From IMG/VR virus record IMGVR_UViG_3300029922_000001, positions 1-64,000 of that record: 64,000 nt of DNA; one strand, 5' to 3'. Below the pieces are notes generated by a model. The model searched no databases. It was not told the origin of the DNA and was given only the letters and a program-made list of their open reading frames with translations. Below are positions 26,847 to 37,468 of the stretch, piece by piece (positions within the stretch are counted from its first letter, which is position 1; each line of letters opens with the position of its first letter). A program made the translations under genes and the position numbers.

Positions 26847-27235
26847 TCTTCTGTTTCAAATTCAATTGGTGTGTCAGTGAAGTATCTAAACACTTTTTGT
26901 ATTACTTCATTGACCACAGGATCATCTGATTGAGAAATTACGAATTTAAGATAATCAAACAATTCATCTCTATCTTCTTGATTTTCATCAACCATTAATT
27001 GGTAAATAGGATTAATGGATTGTTTTTCCATTAAATTAAATCTTTGATCTAAGAGGTTGATTTTACGATTATTCTCTTTAATGGTGTTTTCTAAATCACT
27101 AATTTTACCTAGTAAACCAGTACTATGCTTGTGTAATGATAAGAATAAATCAGTTAAAATTTCAACTAATTCAACATTTACAGGTTTGTTTTCTTTGGCT
27201 AATGCCGCAATTTGTTCTAGTCTTTCAAGTGTCAT
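26843..27235 (-). CDS. coiled-coil hypothetical protein
   Basis: ORF coupled to the upstream gene. Confidence 0.6.
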   Translation of the reverse strand: MTLERLEQIAALAKENKPVNVELVEILTDLFLSLHKHSTGLLGKISDLENTIKENNRKINLLDQRFNLMEKQSINPIYQLMVDENQEDRDELFDYLKFVISQSDDPVVNEVIQKVFRYFTDTPIEFETED

Positions 27236-27570
27236 TGGTTGCCGTCCGTTGGTTGTAAGTTATACAGTTTAGTTTCTAAAGCTTTTAATCTTTGAAGTAT
27301 TACAGCGTGTTCATTATTGTTTTTTAAGACATGTCTTGCTAGTTGAGTATAGATTTGATTATCTGTAGGATCTATCAAATTAGTGGAAGATGGTCCACTG
27401 TCGTCTCCACCACCATCTTGAGGTTGTGGTGACTGTTGTTGAGGTTGCGTATCTACGGAAGGTTGTATGGCGCTTGCATCTTGTGCAATTCTTATTAGCT
27501 CCTGATCAAATTCATCAATGCTTTGAGCATGATTAAGATCCAATCTGTGTGCTAATTTTAACAGCCTCAT
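27232..27570 (-). CDS. hypothetical protein (MRLLKLAHRLD N terminus)
   Basis: AGGAG SD; low-complexity Q/P/G linker. Confidence 0.65.
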   Translation of the reverse strand: MRLLKLAHRLDLNHAQSIDEFDQELIRIAQDASAIQPSVDTQPQQQSPQPQDGGGDDSGPSSTNLIDPTDNQIYTQLARHVLKNNNEHAVILQRLKALETKLYNLQPTDGNQ

Positions 27571-27749
27571 TAACCCATTCTCCTACCATTAATACGTGGG
27601 AATTGAGATTCACCAGCAGGAGCGGTTTGAAAGAAGGAAACTAAATCCAAGAGATTCTTTTTTAAGTCTTCCTGTTCTGGCTGAAGCTGATAAATAATCG
27701 CATATAATTGGCTTACAACGTATTCTTTATCTATTTTTACTATTTGCAT
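27570..27749 (-). CDS. small hypothetical protein (59 aa, not in the ORF track)
   Basis: MQIVKIDKEYVVSQLYAIIYQLQPEQEDLKKNLLDLVSFFQTAPAGESQFPRINGRRMG*; TAATG coupling to the next gene. Confidence 0.55.
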   Translation of the reverse strand: MQIVKIDKEYVVSQLYAIIYQLQPEQEDLKKNLLDLVSFFQTAPAGESQFPRINGRRMG

Positions 27750-27768
27750 AAGTATAATTTAGATAGCT

Positions 27769-28326
27769 ATGCAAGACTTTCCTTGTTCTCGAATAGGCGA
27801 AATATATAAAAATCCAGAATACAATATTGCATATTTGGGGCATATCGGTATTGAATTCGGTGGTGGATTAGTTATGGCACAGCATATTCCATTATCAAAC
27901 AACCGTCAACCTGATATATATAAAGATAATATCGTAATTGGCAAAGTCAAACACACTAATTACTTAAAACGTAATAATCACATTTATGCATATACAAGTG
28001 CTTTTGATTTTGAGGATAATGATGACTTAGTACCTATTCTATTCCTGAAATCAGTTCAATGTATTACATGTGAAAGAATATTAACTTCTTTAGATCAACC
28101 TTGTAACTGCATATTTGAGGCTCCAATTTTAATATTGCAAGATTATCAACTAGTTGGTTGTGAACTTCGATCCGAATTGAATTATACTAGTATCAGTACA
28201 AATAAAGATAATATCTTAATTGACTTCTTTAAGGATGAATATTCCTTCTTAGAAATACATGGTGATTATTCTTTTAGTGATGGAGATAAATGGATTCAAA
28301 GAATCAGTCTAGACATAGATATATAA
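27769..28326 (+). CDS. hypothetical protein
   Basis: 185-aa ORF. Confidence 0.6.
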   Translation: MQDFPCSRIGEIYKNPEYNIAYLGHIGIEFGGGLVMAQHIPLSNNRQPDIYKDNIVIGKVKHTNYLKRNNHIYAYTSAFDFEDNDDLVPILFLKSVQCITCERILTSLDQPCNCIFEAPILILQDYQLVGCELRSELNYTSISTNKDNILIDFFKDEYSFLEIHGDYSFSDGDKWIQRISLDIDI

Positions 28327-29459
28327 AAGAATTAGAGATTATTAATTTTCAATCTCATGCTCATACTAAATTTGAGTTTCATCCTGGTATTAATTTCGTT
28401 ACTGGTACAACTAACCACGGTAAGAGTGCAGCTTTAAGAGCTATTAATTGGGTCTTATATAACGATCCTAGTGGTGATGAATTCATTCGTAAAAACGAAA
28501 CCCAAGCTACTGTAAAAATCACTTATAATGATGATGTCGTTGTTAGTCGCGTGAAAGATCGCAAAGACCTAAATCAATATATCATTAATGCTCCAGGTTG
28601 GTTAGAACCTATTATCAAAAACAAAGTTGGTAGTTTGGTGCCAGAAGAAGCACAAAAGGCAATGGGGTTTCCTCCTAAAGACACTTTTCATGGTTCATTA
28701 GCTTATGTGGATCAAATGTCTAGCCTATTTTTTGTTTCTTTGAGCGAAACCGATTTACCCAGATGCATTTCACAGTTAATTGGTATTTCTTCATTTGGAG
28801 AAGCTGCTGAAAATTTATTTTCAGAACAAAGAGATTTAACTAAAGCATTAAAAACTACAACTCAAAAAGTTGGTAGTTTGCAAGTAGAATTAAAGAAGTT
28901 TGAACACTTAGAAGAAGAACGATATCGACTTAATTATATTGCTAGTTTATTAGAAGAATCAGAATTAATATCTGATCAATTAGACTTAACTAATCAATAC
29001 ATTGATTCCTATTCCAATATATTATCTTTAGGACAACAAGCAATTGCAGCCATTCAAGTTGCAGATAAAGTATTAAAGCACGAAGAAGAACTAAATATAA
29101 TTCTTGACTGCAAAAAACAATATGAATTAGCAACTAAATACAAAGAGGACATTATTAAAATTTCTAAAGAAGAACGGTTGATTACACAAGAATGCGAAAA
29201 GCTTGATGTAATTATTTCTGCTTACTCTGACGATGATGCAGAAGCAATTGAAGACATTAAAAACAAACTCTTATTAGCTCAAAATTCAATTCAATCACTT
29301 AAATCCATGAAAGATATTTATGATAAAGTTACACAAGAAATAAATCAATACGATAACACAATTGAATTATTAGAAACAGAATTACAACAAGTTAAAGATG
29401 AAATTGAACAATCCGGTTTGATTTGCCCAACTTGTGAACAGGAGGTTCATTTTGCCTGA
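28290..29459 (+). CDS. SbcC/Rad50 N-terminal half (Walker A, coiled coil, Zn hook)
   Basis: IINFQSH, GTTNHGKS, Q-loop VDQ and terminal CPTC. Confidence 0.85.
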   Translation: MDSKNQSRHRYIKELEIINFQSHAHTKFEFHPGINFVTGTTNHGKSAALRAINWVLYNDPSGDEFIRKNETQATVKITYNDDVVVSRVKDRKDLNQYIINAPGWLEPIIKNKVGSLVPEEAQKAMGFPPKDTFHGSLAYVDQMSSLFFVSLSETDLPRCISQLIGISSFGEAAENLFSEQRDLTKALKTTTQKVGSLQVELKKFEHLEEERYRLNYIASLLEESELISDQLDLTNQYIDSYSNILSLGQQAIAAIQVADKVLKHEEELNIILDCKKQYELATKYKEDIIKISKEERLITQECEKLDVIISAYSDDDAEAIEDIKNKLLLAQNSIQSLKSMKDIYDKVTQEINQYDNTIELLETELQQVKDEIEQSGLICPTCEQEVHFA

Positions 29460-30429
29460 AAAATATAGAGGTCTATTTATACCCGATACGCATTTAGATA
29501 ATCGTACCCCAACTAGTCGTTTAGATGATTATTTATCTTCCTCTATGGACGAATTATATGAAATCCTCTATATGGCAAAGAAAACTAAGTGTGATTATGT
29601 TGTTCATTTGGGTGATATTTTTCATCGTGCTGATCCACTTGGTATTTGTCGTAATCAAGTGCTTGACGCTTTTCAAGGCGACAAAGAAGGTAATCCTTGG
29701 GGATTTGACTTGTTTGTTGTTGTTGGTAATCATGACACCAATAATTGCAAATATGATCTTCAATATTCAGCTTTAGGTACTTTAATTAAAGTTGGAGCTA
29801 TTAAAAAAGTTGAATATGATGAAAAATACGGTATTGGTTTTGGGCATTTTACCAACGAAATAGAACAGGAAATTAAAGATGGATTGTTACTGCAATATCC
29901 TGCTGTTATTTGGGCAACTCATGCTACTATCATTTTGCAAGACAAATGTTTTGATTCTGATAATTTTGTAACTTTCAAGAATATGGAATTCAATCCAGAA
30001 TGTCGTTTGTTAATTAATGGTCACGTTCATACTGCATATGAATCCATAAAGAATAATGTGACTTTTATTAACCCAGGAAGTGTTGCTAGAAATGACTTTA
30101 CTGCTGACAGTTTCCATAAAACACCCAAAGTTGTTATTGTAGATTATTACAGAGATGGCTCTAAAATGAGATGTTCTTATCAGGAACTAAAAAACTTTAA
30201 AGAAGGAAAAGATATATTCAATTACATTGAACTAAAAGCTGTGAAATCTGATAAAAAAGAAATGACAGAATACATGACTCAAATTGCAAAAATGACACAT
30301 TTGGGTATGTCTCAAAATGTATTTGAAAATTTGCGTTTAGATGGGATACAAAAAGGCATTGATGATAAAGTCATGGACAAAGCAATTGAAGCACTGAAAG
30401 CGGTTGAGAACGCTAAAAAATTCTTATAA
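29434..30429 (+). CDS. SbcD/Mre11 metallophosphoesterase nuclease
   Basis: DTH, GDIFH, GNHD, GHVH and NPGS motifs. Confidence 0.88.
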   Translation: MNRRFILPEKYRGLFIPDTHLDNRTPTSRLDDYLSSSMDELYEILYMAKKTKCDYVVHLGDIFHRADPLGICRNQVLDAFQGDKEGNPWGFDLFVVVGNHDTNNCKYDLQYSALGTLIKVGAIKKVEYDEKYGIGFGHFTNEIEQEIKDGLLLQYPAVIWATHATIILQDKCFDSDNFVTFKNMEFNPECRLLINGHVHTAYESIKNNVTFINPGSVARNDFTADSFHKTPKVVIVDYYRDGSKMRCSYQELKNFKEGKDIFNYIELKAVKSDKKEMTEYMTQIAKMTHLGMSQNVFENLRLDGIQKGIDDKVMDKAIEALKAVENAKKFL

Positions 30430-30439
30430 TGAGTAATAT

Positions 30440-30703
30440 ATGGAAGAACTACTAACTAAATTAAAAAATATTGAATCTAAAATCAATACAGCTAAAGCAC
30501 AAAAAACTGTTCGTAAAGAACAGCTTGCAGATATTACTCCTAAAAAGAAACAAATTGAAGCTGAAGTTAAAGAGAAACTTAATTGTTCTATTAAGGAATT
30601 ACCTGAATTGCAAAAAAGATTACAGTCTGAATTGTCAGTATTGATTACAAAAATTGAAACTAAAATGATTGACGAAAGCGAAACTACAGAAGAAAATGAC
30701 TAG
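30440..30703 (+). CDS. small coiled-coil protein within the SbcCD locus
   Basis: Heptad-rich 87-aa ORF. Confidence 0.65.
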   Translation: MEELLTKLKNIESKINTAKAQKTVRKEQLADITPKKKQIEAEVKEKLNCSIKELPELQKRLQSELSVLITKIETKMIDESETTEEND

Positions 30704-31397
30704 TGTTAAAGAACTTAGAAAAGTGTATCATGCTAATGATGTTAATCTGTCTCGTAGAGAGGGAGAAAAGGCTCAGCTACAACAATCATTACAGTCTGAA
30801 ATAGACAGGCAATTACAGCTAGAAACAGATAAAAATCTATCTGAAAAAGCTGGTATTTTTCTAATGAATGTATTGAACGAAAAGCGTAAAACAGGCATTG
30901 AAACTATTGAGAAAATCGTTACCGCTTCTCTTGAAATGGTTATTGGTCCTGGGCATCGTTTGTTTTTTGAAACCAACGAAGAAAAACGACAAGCTGGAAA
31001 GAAAAACTTCAAAATGTCTTTGAAGGTTGCTAGTCCATACGAGGATGATGGTGAAGAGTTGATAACTGGTTTGTCTGGTTCACTTGGTGGTGGACTACAA
31101 GAATTAGTAGCTTTTGCACTTTTATTTGCTGCTTTGGAATGGTTAGGTTATACAGGTCCTATTATATTAGATGAAGCTTTTCATTTTATGTCTAATGATG
31201 GCAAACTTGATTTAGTTGCTTCATTTTTACAGAAGTTTTCTCAACAAACAGGCAGACAAGTTATCTTTGCTACTCACAAAGGGGAACTTGAACAAATTGG
31301 TGATAAGATTTTTAGAGTCAACAAAGTAAAAGGTAAATCCGTAGTTATTACTTTGAAAACTGGCGAATTTTACCAAGCATCCATTGAGGGAGTTTAA
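30696..31397 (+). CDS. SbcC/Rad50 C-terminal half (signature, Walker B, H-loop)
   Basis: LGGG, IILDEAF and FATH motifs. Confidence 0.85.
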   Translation: MTSVKELRKVYHANDVNLSRREGEKAQLQQSLQSEIDRQLQLETDKNLSEKAGIFLMNVLNEKRKTGIETIEKIVTASLEMVIGPGHRLFFETNEEKRQAGKKNFKMSLKVASPYEDDGEELITGLSGSLGGGLQELVAFALLFAALEWLGYTGPIILDEAFHFMSNDGKLDLVASFLQKFSQQTGRQVIFATHKGELEQIGDKIFRVNKVKGKSVVITLKTGEFYQASIEGV

Positions 31398-31399
31398 TA

Positions 31400-31648
31400 A
31401 TGAGAATTACCAACATCAAACAAACATATTATCTAGCATATAAGGGTTCCATTGAAGACTCACGTAACGCTATTAGAACAATTCAAAAGAATCTCTCTAA
31501 ACAAAAAATTGACAATAAAATTTTTTATATTGACTCAGATACATTAGCTTTAGGGATTGATGTAACATATAAAGACAAGGCATTGGATTTACTTCAAGCT
31601 ATGAGTCTTACGAAAGGAAAAAATGGCAGCATCCCAAACATTAATTGA
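31400..31648 (+). CDS. hypothetical protein
   Basis: GAGGGAG SD; operonic. Confidence 0.6.
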   Translation: MRITNIKQTYYLAYKGSIEDSRNAIRTIQKNLSKQKIDNKIFYIDSDTLALGIDVTYKDKALDLLQAMSLTKGKNGSIPNIN

Positions 31649-32465
31649 ACGAATAATGGCAACACCTGTACCCGCTAAGGGTCAACTTGTTAACCCTTTG
31701 AGGGCTAACACAAAAACACGTCAAATTAGCCTGTCGGATTTCAAGAGCAATAAGAATTTACCTGATGATATTTCAGAATGGCAATCAAAGCATTTTGCTA
31801 TTTATTTTACTGACAAGTTTAAAGAAAAAACCAATGGCAATTATCATGTCAATTACAAGACAGACATTCCACCTATTCATGTGGTTTTGAAGCGTATGAA
31901 GTCACAAGGTTTAAATGCTAATGAATTTACTAAGAAATACATTGATTGGTTCTTTGATAACTTCTTACGCATTAAAAACAGAGTGTCTATTGTGACACCA
32001 GCTAGTTTGCCAGGATTCACGAATGAATATTACCAGTCTATTATTTTGCCTATGGTTGAGTCTAAGGCGGTTGTCCGTAACACAAATGATACATCTTTGT
32101 TAGATGAAATCAATGAGGCTCATACGGAAGGTAAGATTGGTGAAATTTTTGTTAGATTCGGTATTCCAGTAGCGTCTACATATTTCATTAGACATAAGAA
32201 GGTTAAACCAGAAGCTGTATTAAAAGCATTAGAAGAACGTTTTGCGAAACTTGCTGGCAATGGATTTTCAGGTAAAGAACAGCTTTCTAAAATCTTAATA
32301 TCTTCTATTTTAGGTAGCCCATATCCAAGTGATTTTGAATTATTGGACTGGAGAGATACTTTCGAAACGCAAATTGAAGCCTACCAATCTGAAGACTGGT
32401 GGAGAGATAATGACTATAAAGGCGTTCCATTGGATAAGTATTACATATTAGGTAAACATGAATAA
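31623..32465 (+). CDS. hypothetical replication-region protein
   Basis: 280-aa ORF in the replication operon. Confidence 0.65.
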   Translation: MAASQTLIERIMATPVPAKGQLVNPLRANTKTRQISLSDFKSNKNLPDDISEWQSKHFAIYFTDKFKEKTNGNYHVNYKTDIPPIHVVLKRMKSQGLNANEFTKKYIDWFFDNFLRIKNRVSIVTPASLPGFTNEYYQSIILPMVESKAVVRNTNDTSLLDEINEAHTEGKIGEIFVRFGIPVASTYFIRHKKVKPEAVLKALEERFAKLAGNGFSGKEQLSKILISSILGSPYPSDFELLDWRDTFETQIEAYQSEDWWRDNDYKGVPLDKYYILGKHE

Positions 32466-34176
32466 GAAAACAGATCACCAAAAAAACATAGAGGAATTAG
32501 ACTATCAAATTAGATCACGTCGCCCAATTATTTATATATGTACACACGAAGAAGAACGTATTATAAATGTATTATTGGAGTTGGCTAATCGTCCACACTT
32601 AGAACGCAAATGGAAAATTCATTCATGGGATTTAGCTTCTGGCGTTAAAGAAATCTTTAAAGATATTAGTAAAAAAAGCACTCCACAAGAAATAGATCAA
32701 GAATCGGTTTTAAAATGGTTCTTGGATCTTAATAAAGATGATGGAGATAAAAAAGAAACAAATATCTTAGTGTTAAAAGATTACCAAAGATTAATGGGTG
32801 CAAATGGTACTGGAGAAATTGAAACTATGATAGTTAGACAACTTCGTAACATGTGTACTCAATTTGCTTTTGAAAATAAAACCATTATCATTATTGGAAC
32901 ATCTTTGTATATTCCAGAAGATATTGAAAAAAACACATTTGTTATTGATTGGTCTTTACCTGAATATATTCATATTAAAGAATTACTTCAATTGGCAATG
33001 ACTAAAGCATCAAATAGTAAAATTAAAGATAAATTCAGATTAACATATACTGAAAATGAATTAGATGAAATTGTTCATGCTTTTCAAGGTTTAACTATTA
33101 GTGAGATTGAGTTATTAATTAAATATATGTTTCTTGTATCTGTAGAATTTGATGTATCAATTATTGCGTCTCGCAAAAGAGATATTATTAGGAAATCTGG
33201 ATTTGTTGAATGGGTTGAAAATGATATACAAATTGATCAAGTAGGTGGATTAGCAGGATTAAAAAATTGGTTAAATGCACGTAAAGATTCATTTTCCACA
33301 GATGCACACGAATATGGATTACCAGAATTTCCTAAAGGTATTTTATTACTAGGTATTCCAGGTACGGGAAAAAGTTTATGCGCAAAAGCAGTCGCTGACT
33401 TATGGAAACTACCATTGTTAAAATTCGATGTTGGTAAAATTTTTAGTTCTTCAGTAGGTTCATCTGAAGCTAATATGAGACAGGCTATTAAGATATCAGA
33501 GTCTATTGCTCCATGTTTATTGTGGGTTGATGAAATTGATAAAGGTTTTTCCGGTTTAGGATCAAGTAATTTTAGTGACGGAGGAACTGCTGCTAGAGTA
33601 TTTGGTTCGTTTTATACATGGATGCAGGAGAAATCTTCTCCTGTATATGTGATTGCAACAGCAAATGAAATTTCAAATCTTCCACCAGAATTATTAAGAA
33701 AAGGACGTTTTGATGAAATTTTTTGGGTTGATTTACCTGACGATGAAGAACGTGAGGAAATTTTTAAAATTCATATTAAAGAAAAAAAACGAAATGCGGA
33801 AAATTTTGATCTTAAATTGCTTTCCAAATATGCAAAAGGTTATAGTGGTGCAGAAATAGCCACAGCTATAAGTGACGGTCTACATGAGTCGTATAACGAC
33901 GGGAAACGTGCATTAAAGAATGAAGATATTGTACTTGCCTTAAAAAACACAATTCCTCTTTCTAAACTTATGGAAGAAAAATTGAATGCCGCTAGAGAAT
34001 GGTCACAAAACAGAACAAGAAGTGCGTCAAAGACAAAACATAAAATTACAAATCCCATTACAATTGAAGCAACAGATACTTTTATGGATTCAATAGAAAC
34101 CTTAAACACTGAAGAAATTATTGAAACACCAATAGTAGTTTCAGGAGATTCATTAGATAGGAAACAAGAATTATGA
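32458..34176 (+). CDS. AAA+ ATPase (Ycf46-like)
   Basis: VGGLxxLKxWL, [15 protein letters not shown] and [13 protein letters not shown]. Confidence 0.88.
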   Translation: MNKKTDHQKNIEELDYQIRSRRPIIYICTHEEERIINVLLELANRPHLERKWKIHSWDLASGVKEIFKDISKKSTPQEIDQESVLKWFLDLNKDDGDKKETNILVLKDYQRLMGANGTGEIETMIVRQLRNMCTQFAFENKTIIIIGTSLYIPEDIEKNTFVIDWSLPEYIHIKELLQLAMTKASNSKIKDKFRLTYTENELDEIVHAFQGLTISEIELLIKYMFLVSVEFDVSIIASRKRDIIRKSGFVEWVENDIQIDQVGGLAGLKNWLNARKDSFSTDAHEYGLPEFPKGILLLGIPGTGKSLCAKAVADLWKLPLLKFDVGKIFSSSVGSSEANMRQAIKISESIAPCLLWVDEIDKGFSGLGSSNFSDGGTAARVFGSFYTWMQEKSSPVYVIATANEISNLPPELLRKGRFDEIFWVDLPDDEEREEIFKIHIKEKKRNAENFDLKLLSKYAKGYSGAEIATAISDGLHESYNDGKRALKNEDIVLALKNTIPLSKLMEEKLNAAREWSQNRTRSASKTKHKITNPITIEATDTFMDSIETLNTEEIIETPIVVSGDSLDRKQEL

Positions 34177-35006
34177 GAGAAGAAGAATTTTCTTTAGATG
34201 ATACAAATGATATCATAGAACAGTTACGTAATTTGCCATCTGAAACTCCTAGCAATAGACTTACATCCTGTCGTTATTGTCATGGTGTTGGTTTCATTGT
34301 TAAAGATGGTAAAGCCGTTATTTGTGAATGCGAAAAGCAAACCCGATACGCAAATATATTTTCATCCTGTGGAATTCCACCCAAATATCATTTCAAAAAT
34401 TTAGATGATAATGTTTGGTATCCACACCAAGATTTTCAACATAGAGATATAGATGAAAAATCTAAAAAGAAAAAGGCGATGATTAAAGCTTTTGCATTGA
34501 AATACATTAATGTAATTCCTGCATTATGCGCTATTACACCAATGCCTTTCAAACTGAGTAAAAACAATATGACAATTAGAGAAATCGTTAATGTCATATT
34601 TGTTGGTGGTAAGAACACTGGTAAATCGTTAATGGCTTTTATTGTAGCACAAGAAGTAATCCGCAAAGGTTTAAGAGTGCATTGCTATGATTGGTTAGAC
34701 CTTAAAGTAGTATTGAAAGATTTTGAACAAAAAGATATCCATTACGATATCATCCGTAAATTTGAAACATATGATCTAATCATTGTTGATAATGTTGGTG
34801 GTGACTCAGATGAAGAAAATGGCACGAAGAAAACTAGTGCTTATTTAACTGAAAAGATGGATCAGATTTTCAATGCAAGACGTAAAGCAAATAAACCAAC
34901 TATATTAGTTTGTGATGTCAACTATAAAGACATCAAATTAGGAAAATATTTCAAAGAATTTGAAGAAGATTGCTTTGTAATTGAATTTCCAAAGGGAGTA
35001 GAATAA
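34173..35006 (+). CDS. DnaC/IstB-like helicase loader
   Basis: CxxC/CEC Zn motif, GGKNTGKS, LIIVDNVG and R..ANKPTI. Confidence 0.75.
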   Translation: MREEEFSLDDTNDIIEQLRNLPSETPSNRLTSCRYCHGVGFIVKDGKAVICECEKQTRYANIFSSCGIPPKYHFKNLDDNVWYPHQDFQHRDIDEKSKKKKAMIKAFALKYINVIPALCAITPMPFKLSKNNMTIREIVNVIFVGGKNTGKSLMAFIVAQEVIRKGLRVHCYDWLDLKVVLKDFEQKDIHYDIIRKFETYDLIIVDNVGGDSDEENGTKKTSAYLTEKMDQIFNARRKANKPTILVCDVNYKDIKLGKYFKEFEEDCFVIEFPKGVE

Positions 35007-36574
35007 TGCGATTAGACACAGAAGTATTAGAATATAAAATTTTAAAGCATTTTCTTACCTATCCAGAAGCTATAATTAAGGCTCAAAATCTACGTATTAC
35101 ACCTGAGCATTTTACATTTGTTCCAGAAGGGTTTGAGAAATCATACGACAGTTTCTTATGTGATCTAGCGTATCGTTATTTCAATAAGAGTAATGGGTGT
35201 TTGGTGACTAAGACAACCTTAGATCAGTCTATTTTAGACTTTAAAATGAAGAAAAAGGCTATTCTTATTCTTGAACTTATTTGGTCCAACATTCAAGAAC
35301 AAGAATGTATTAAAGACGAATTGTTCGGTTTACTTGAACAACTCAAAGTTAGAAAGGTATTACGTATTTGGGAAGACACTTTAGTTAAGGGTCAAGAAAC
35401 CTTAGAAGAAGAAGGAATTGATAAGGGTATTGAATATATTTCTGCTGCTGTCAGTAAAATGTACAGCGAAAGAACACTATATGAATCACCTGTTCAAGAG
35501 TTTGACATTGCTGATCTTAAAGGATTCCGCAAGGAATACGAAAAGCGTAAGAATAATCCTGATAAGTATCGTGGTATTAAATGTGGTTATAGCGAAATTG
35601 ATAAGAGAACTCAAGGGTTCTTCCCAGGACAGATTGTTGCCTTTATTGGTGCATCTGGTGCTGGTAAGTCTACGCACTTATTGAATGTGGCTGTTAACGC
35701 TCACATGCAAGAAAAAAACGTTTTATACTTCTCGTTTGAAATGGATAGTTGGACTTGTAAGTTAAGACATATTAGCTTAATGCTAGATGTTGATTATGAC
35801 GCAATTAAAGGTCTTAATCTAACTGATGAACAGTTAGACGGTATTATGATTCGTTTGAATTCAATGTCTGGTGCGTATTTCCACTATGATACAAATTCCG
35901 AAGATCCTACACCCGAATATGTTGAATCTAAGATTAGAGAATTATCAGCTTCTAAGGGACATCCTGATGTAGTCGTTATTGACTATCTAGGAAACATGAC
36001 CACAAGAAATGCTAAGTCTAGTCAAAAACAGCATGAAAAGCAAGGTGACGCAATTCGTGAAATTCATAGATTTGCCAAGAATATGAATGTCTTAGTTTAC
36101 ACTGCTCAACAGATGAATCGTGGAACTATTACAGAACAACGAAAGACTAAAGCTGCTGGTAAGACTATTGAATTTCAACAAGATGCTGCGGCTGGAAGCC
36201 AAGAACTTATTAATGCGGCATGGTACATTATTGGTCTAGAATCTCATAAAGACAATGGTGAAAACATGGTTACATTCCATGCTGTTAAAATGAGAGACGT
36301 TTGGTTTCCACCATTTGGGGCAAAGGTACTTCAGAAGTTTAATAAGGTTCTCGAATTATCAGATGCGGAACAAATTGAATGGCGTATCAATCGTGGTGTT
36401 CTTGACCCAGATTCCTTCAAAAAGACAGATGAAAATGGTAAGACGAAAGGTAGTGATCATTATAATGTAGTAGAGTCTGACAAAGGTGAAAAGGTTGTTG
36501 ATTGGGGTACTGGCGAACAAGCCTATTCTGAAGATGACTTGAAATTCGATGTTGACGATTGGAATAATACATAA
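35006..36574 (+). CDS. dnaB: DnaB-family replicative helicase
   Basis: GASGAGKS, FSFEM, VVIDYL, AQQMNR and KMRD motifs. Confidence 0.88.
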   Translation: MRLDTEVLEYKILKHFLTYPEAIIKAQNLRITPEHFTFVPEGFEKSYDSFLCDLAYRYFNKSNGCLVTKTTLDQSILDFKMKKKAILILELIWSNIQEQECIKDELFGLLEQLKVRKVLRIWEDTLVKGQETLEEEGIDKGIEYISAAVSKMYSERTLYESPVQEFDIADLKGFRKEYEKRKNNPDKYRGIKCGYSEIDKRTQGFFPGQIVAFIGASGAGKSTHLLNVAVNAHMQEKNVLYFSFEMDSWTCKLRHISLMLDVDYDAIKGLNLTDEQLDGIMIRLNSMSGAYFHYDTNSEDPTPEYVESKIRELSASKGHPDVVVIDYLGNMTTRNAKSSQKQHEKQGDAIREIHRFAKNMNVLVYTAQQMNRGTITEQRKTKAAGKTIEFQQDAAAGSQELINAAWYIIGLESHKDNGENMVTFHAVKMRDVWFPPFGAKVLQKFNKVLELSDAEQIEWRINRGVLDPDSFKKTDENGKTKGSDHYNVVESDKGEKVVDWGTGEQAYSEDDLKFDVDDWNNT

Positions 36575-37239
36575 TGCTACTACAAGCTTCTACCAGTTCT
36601 AAATATAAAAATGAAATAGATCAGACATTACTTAAAGAGGTTTTGTCTGATCTAAACATTGTTGAAATTCTTGAAGCAGAATATGGCGTTGTTTTTGAAA
36701 CCGCATCTAAAGGATATTTTAAGGCTTGTTGTCCATTACCTGGACACTTAGATAATACTCCATCTTTTTACGCAAATCCAGAACAGGGTTTTTATAAGTG
36801 TTGGGGGTGTTCTCGTGCTGGAGATTTAATCAAGTTTATTCAGACAGTAGAAAATGTGAACTTCTATCAAGCCGTATTACGAGTTGCTGAAATTTCTGGT
36901 GAACCTTTAATGGCTCAATATACAAAAACTCACAAAAATATCCGCAACATTAAAAAGAGTATCGAAGAATATTTAAACAGATCCTTGCAAACAGATTTAC
37001 CCGGTGGATTGAGTGACACTGATTTTATGTTTTTATTATCAAAACGCCTTAGAAAATATGAACAGGAATATTTAGATGTTGAATGGGTGGATGAAATGTA
37101 TAAACACTTTGACAGTGTATTGCTTAATAAGAATTATAAATTAGTATCCAAAATGTGGGACGAATTAAGCTTAGATATCGCTGACAGAAAAAAGGAATTA
37201 AAAAATGGACATGTTACAGAAATCATCAGCAACGATTAA
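36574..37239 (+). CDS. primase CHC2 Zn-binding domain protein (N-terminal half of split DnaG)
   Basis: CPLPGHxDxTPSF...CWGC...GDLIKF; no TOPRIM domain. Confidence 0.8.
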   Translation: MLLQASTSSKYKNEIDQTLLKEVLSDLNIVEILEAEYGVVFETASKGYFKACCPLPGHLDNTPSFYANPEQGFYKCWGCSRAGDLIKFIQTVENVNFYQAVLRVAEISGEPLMAQYTKTHKNIRNIKKSIEEYLNRSLQTDLPGGLSDTDFMFLLSKRLRKYEQEYLDVEWVDEMYKHFDSVLLNKNYKLVSKMWDELSLDIADRKKELKNGHVTEIISND

Positions 37240-37468
37240 TGAATTGAAAGCTACAGCAGAAGAAGCATTAATGAATGCTCCAGCAGAATTACATATTGAC
37301 GTTACATTAACTGGTGTCGCGGCTTCAAGATTCTATTTTATGAAAGAAATTATTAAAACGTTTACTAAAAGATCAGATAAAGAAATTACTGAATATTTAG
37401 TCCAAGGTGGCGCGGAAAGAGAATTAGAACGATTTGCCTTTATGGGAGATGCAATTAGACAACAATGA
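37205..37468 (+). CDS. hypothetical protein
   Basis: Operonic ORF. Confidence 0.6.
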   Translation: MDMLQKSSATINELKATAEEALMNAPAELHIDVTLTGVAASRFYFMKEIIKTFTKRSDKEITEYLVQGGAERELERFAFMGDAIRQQ

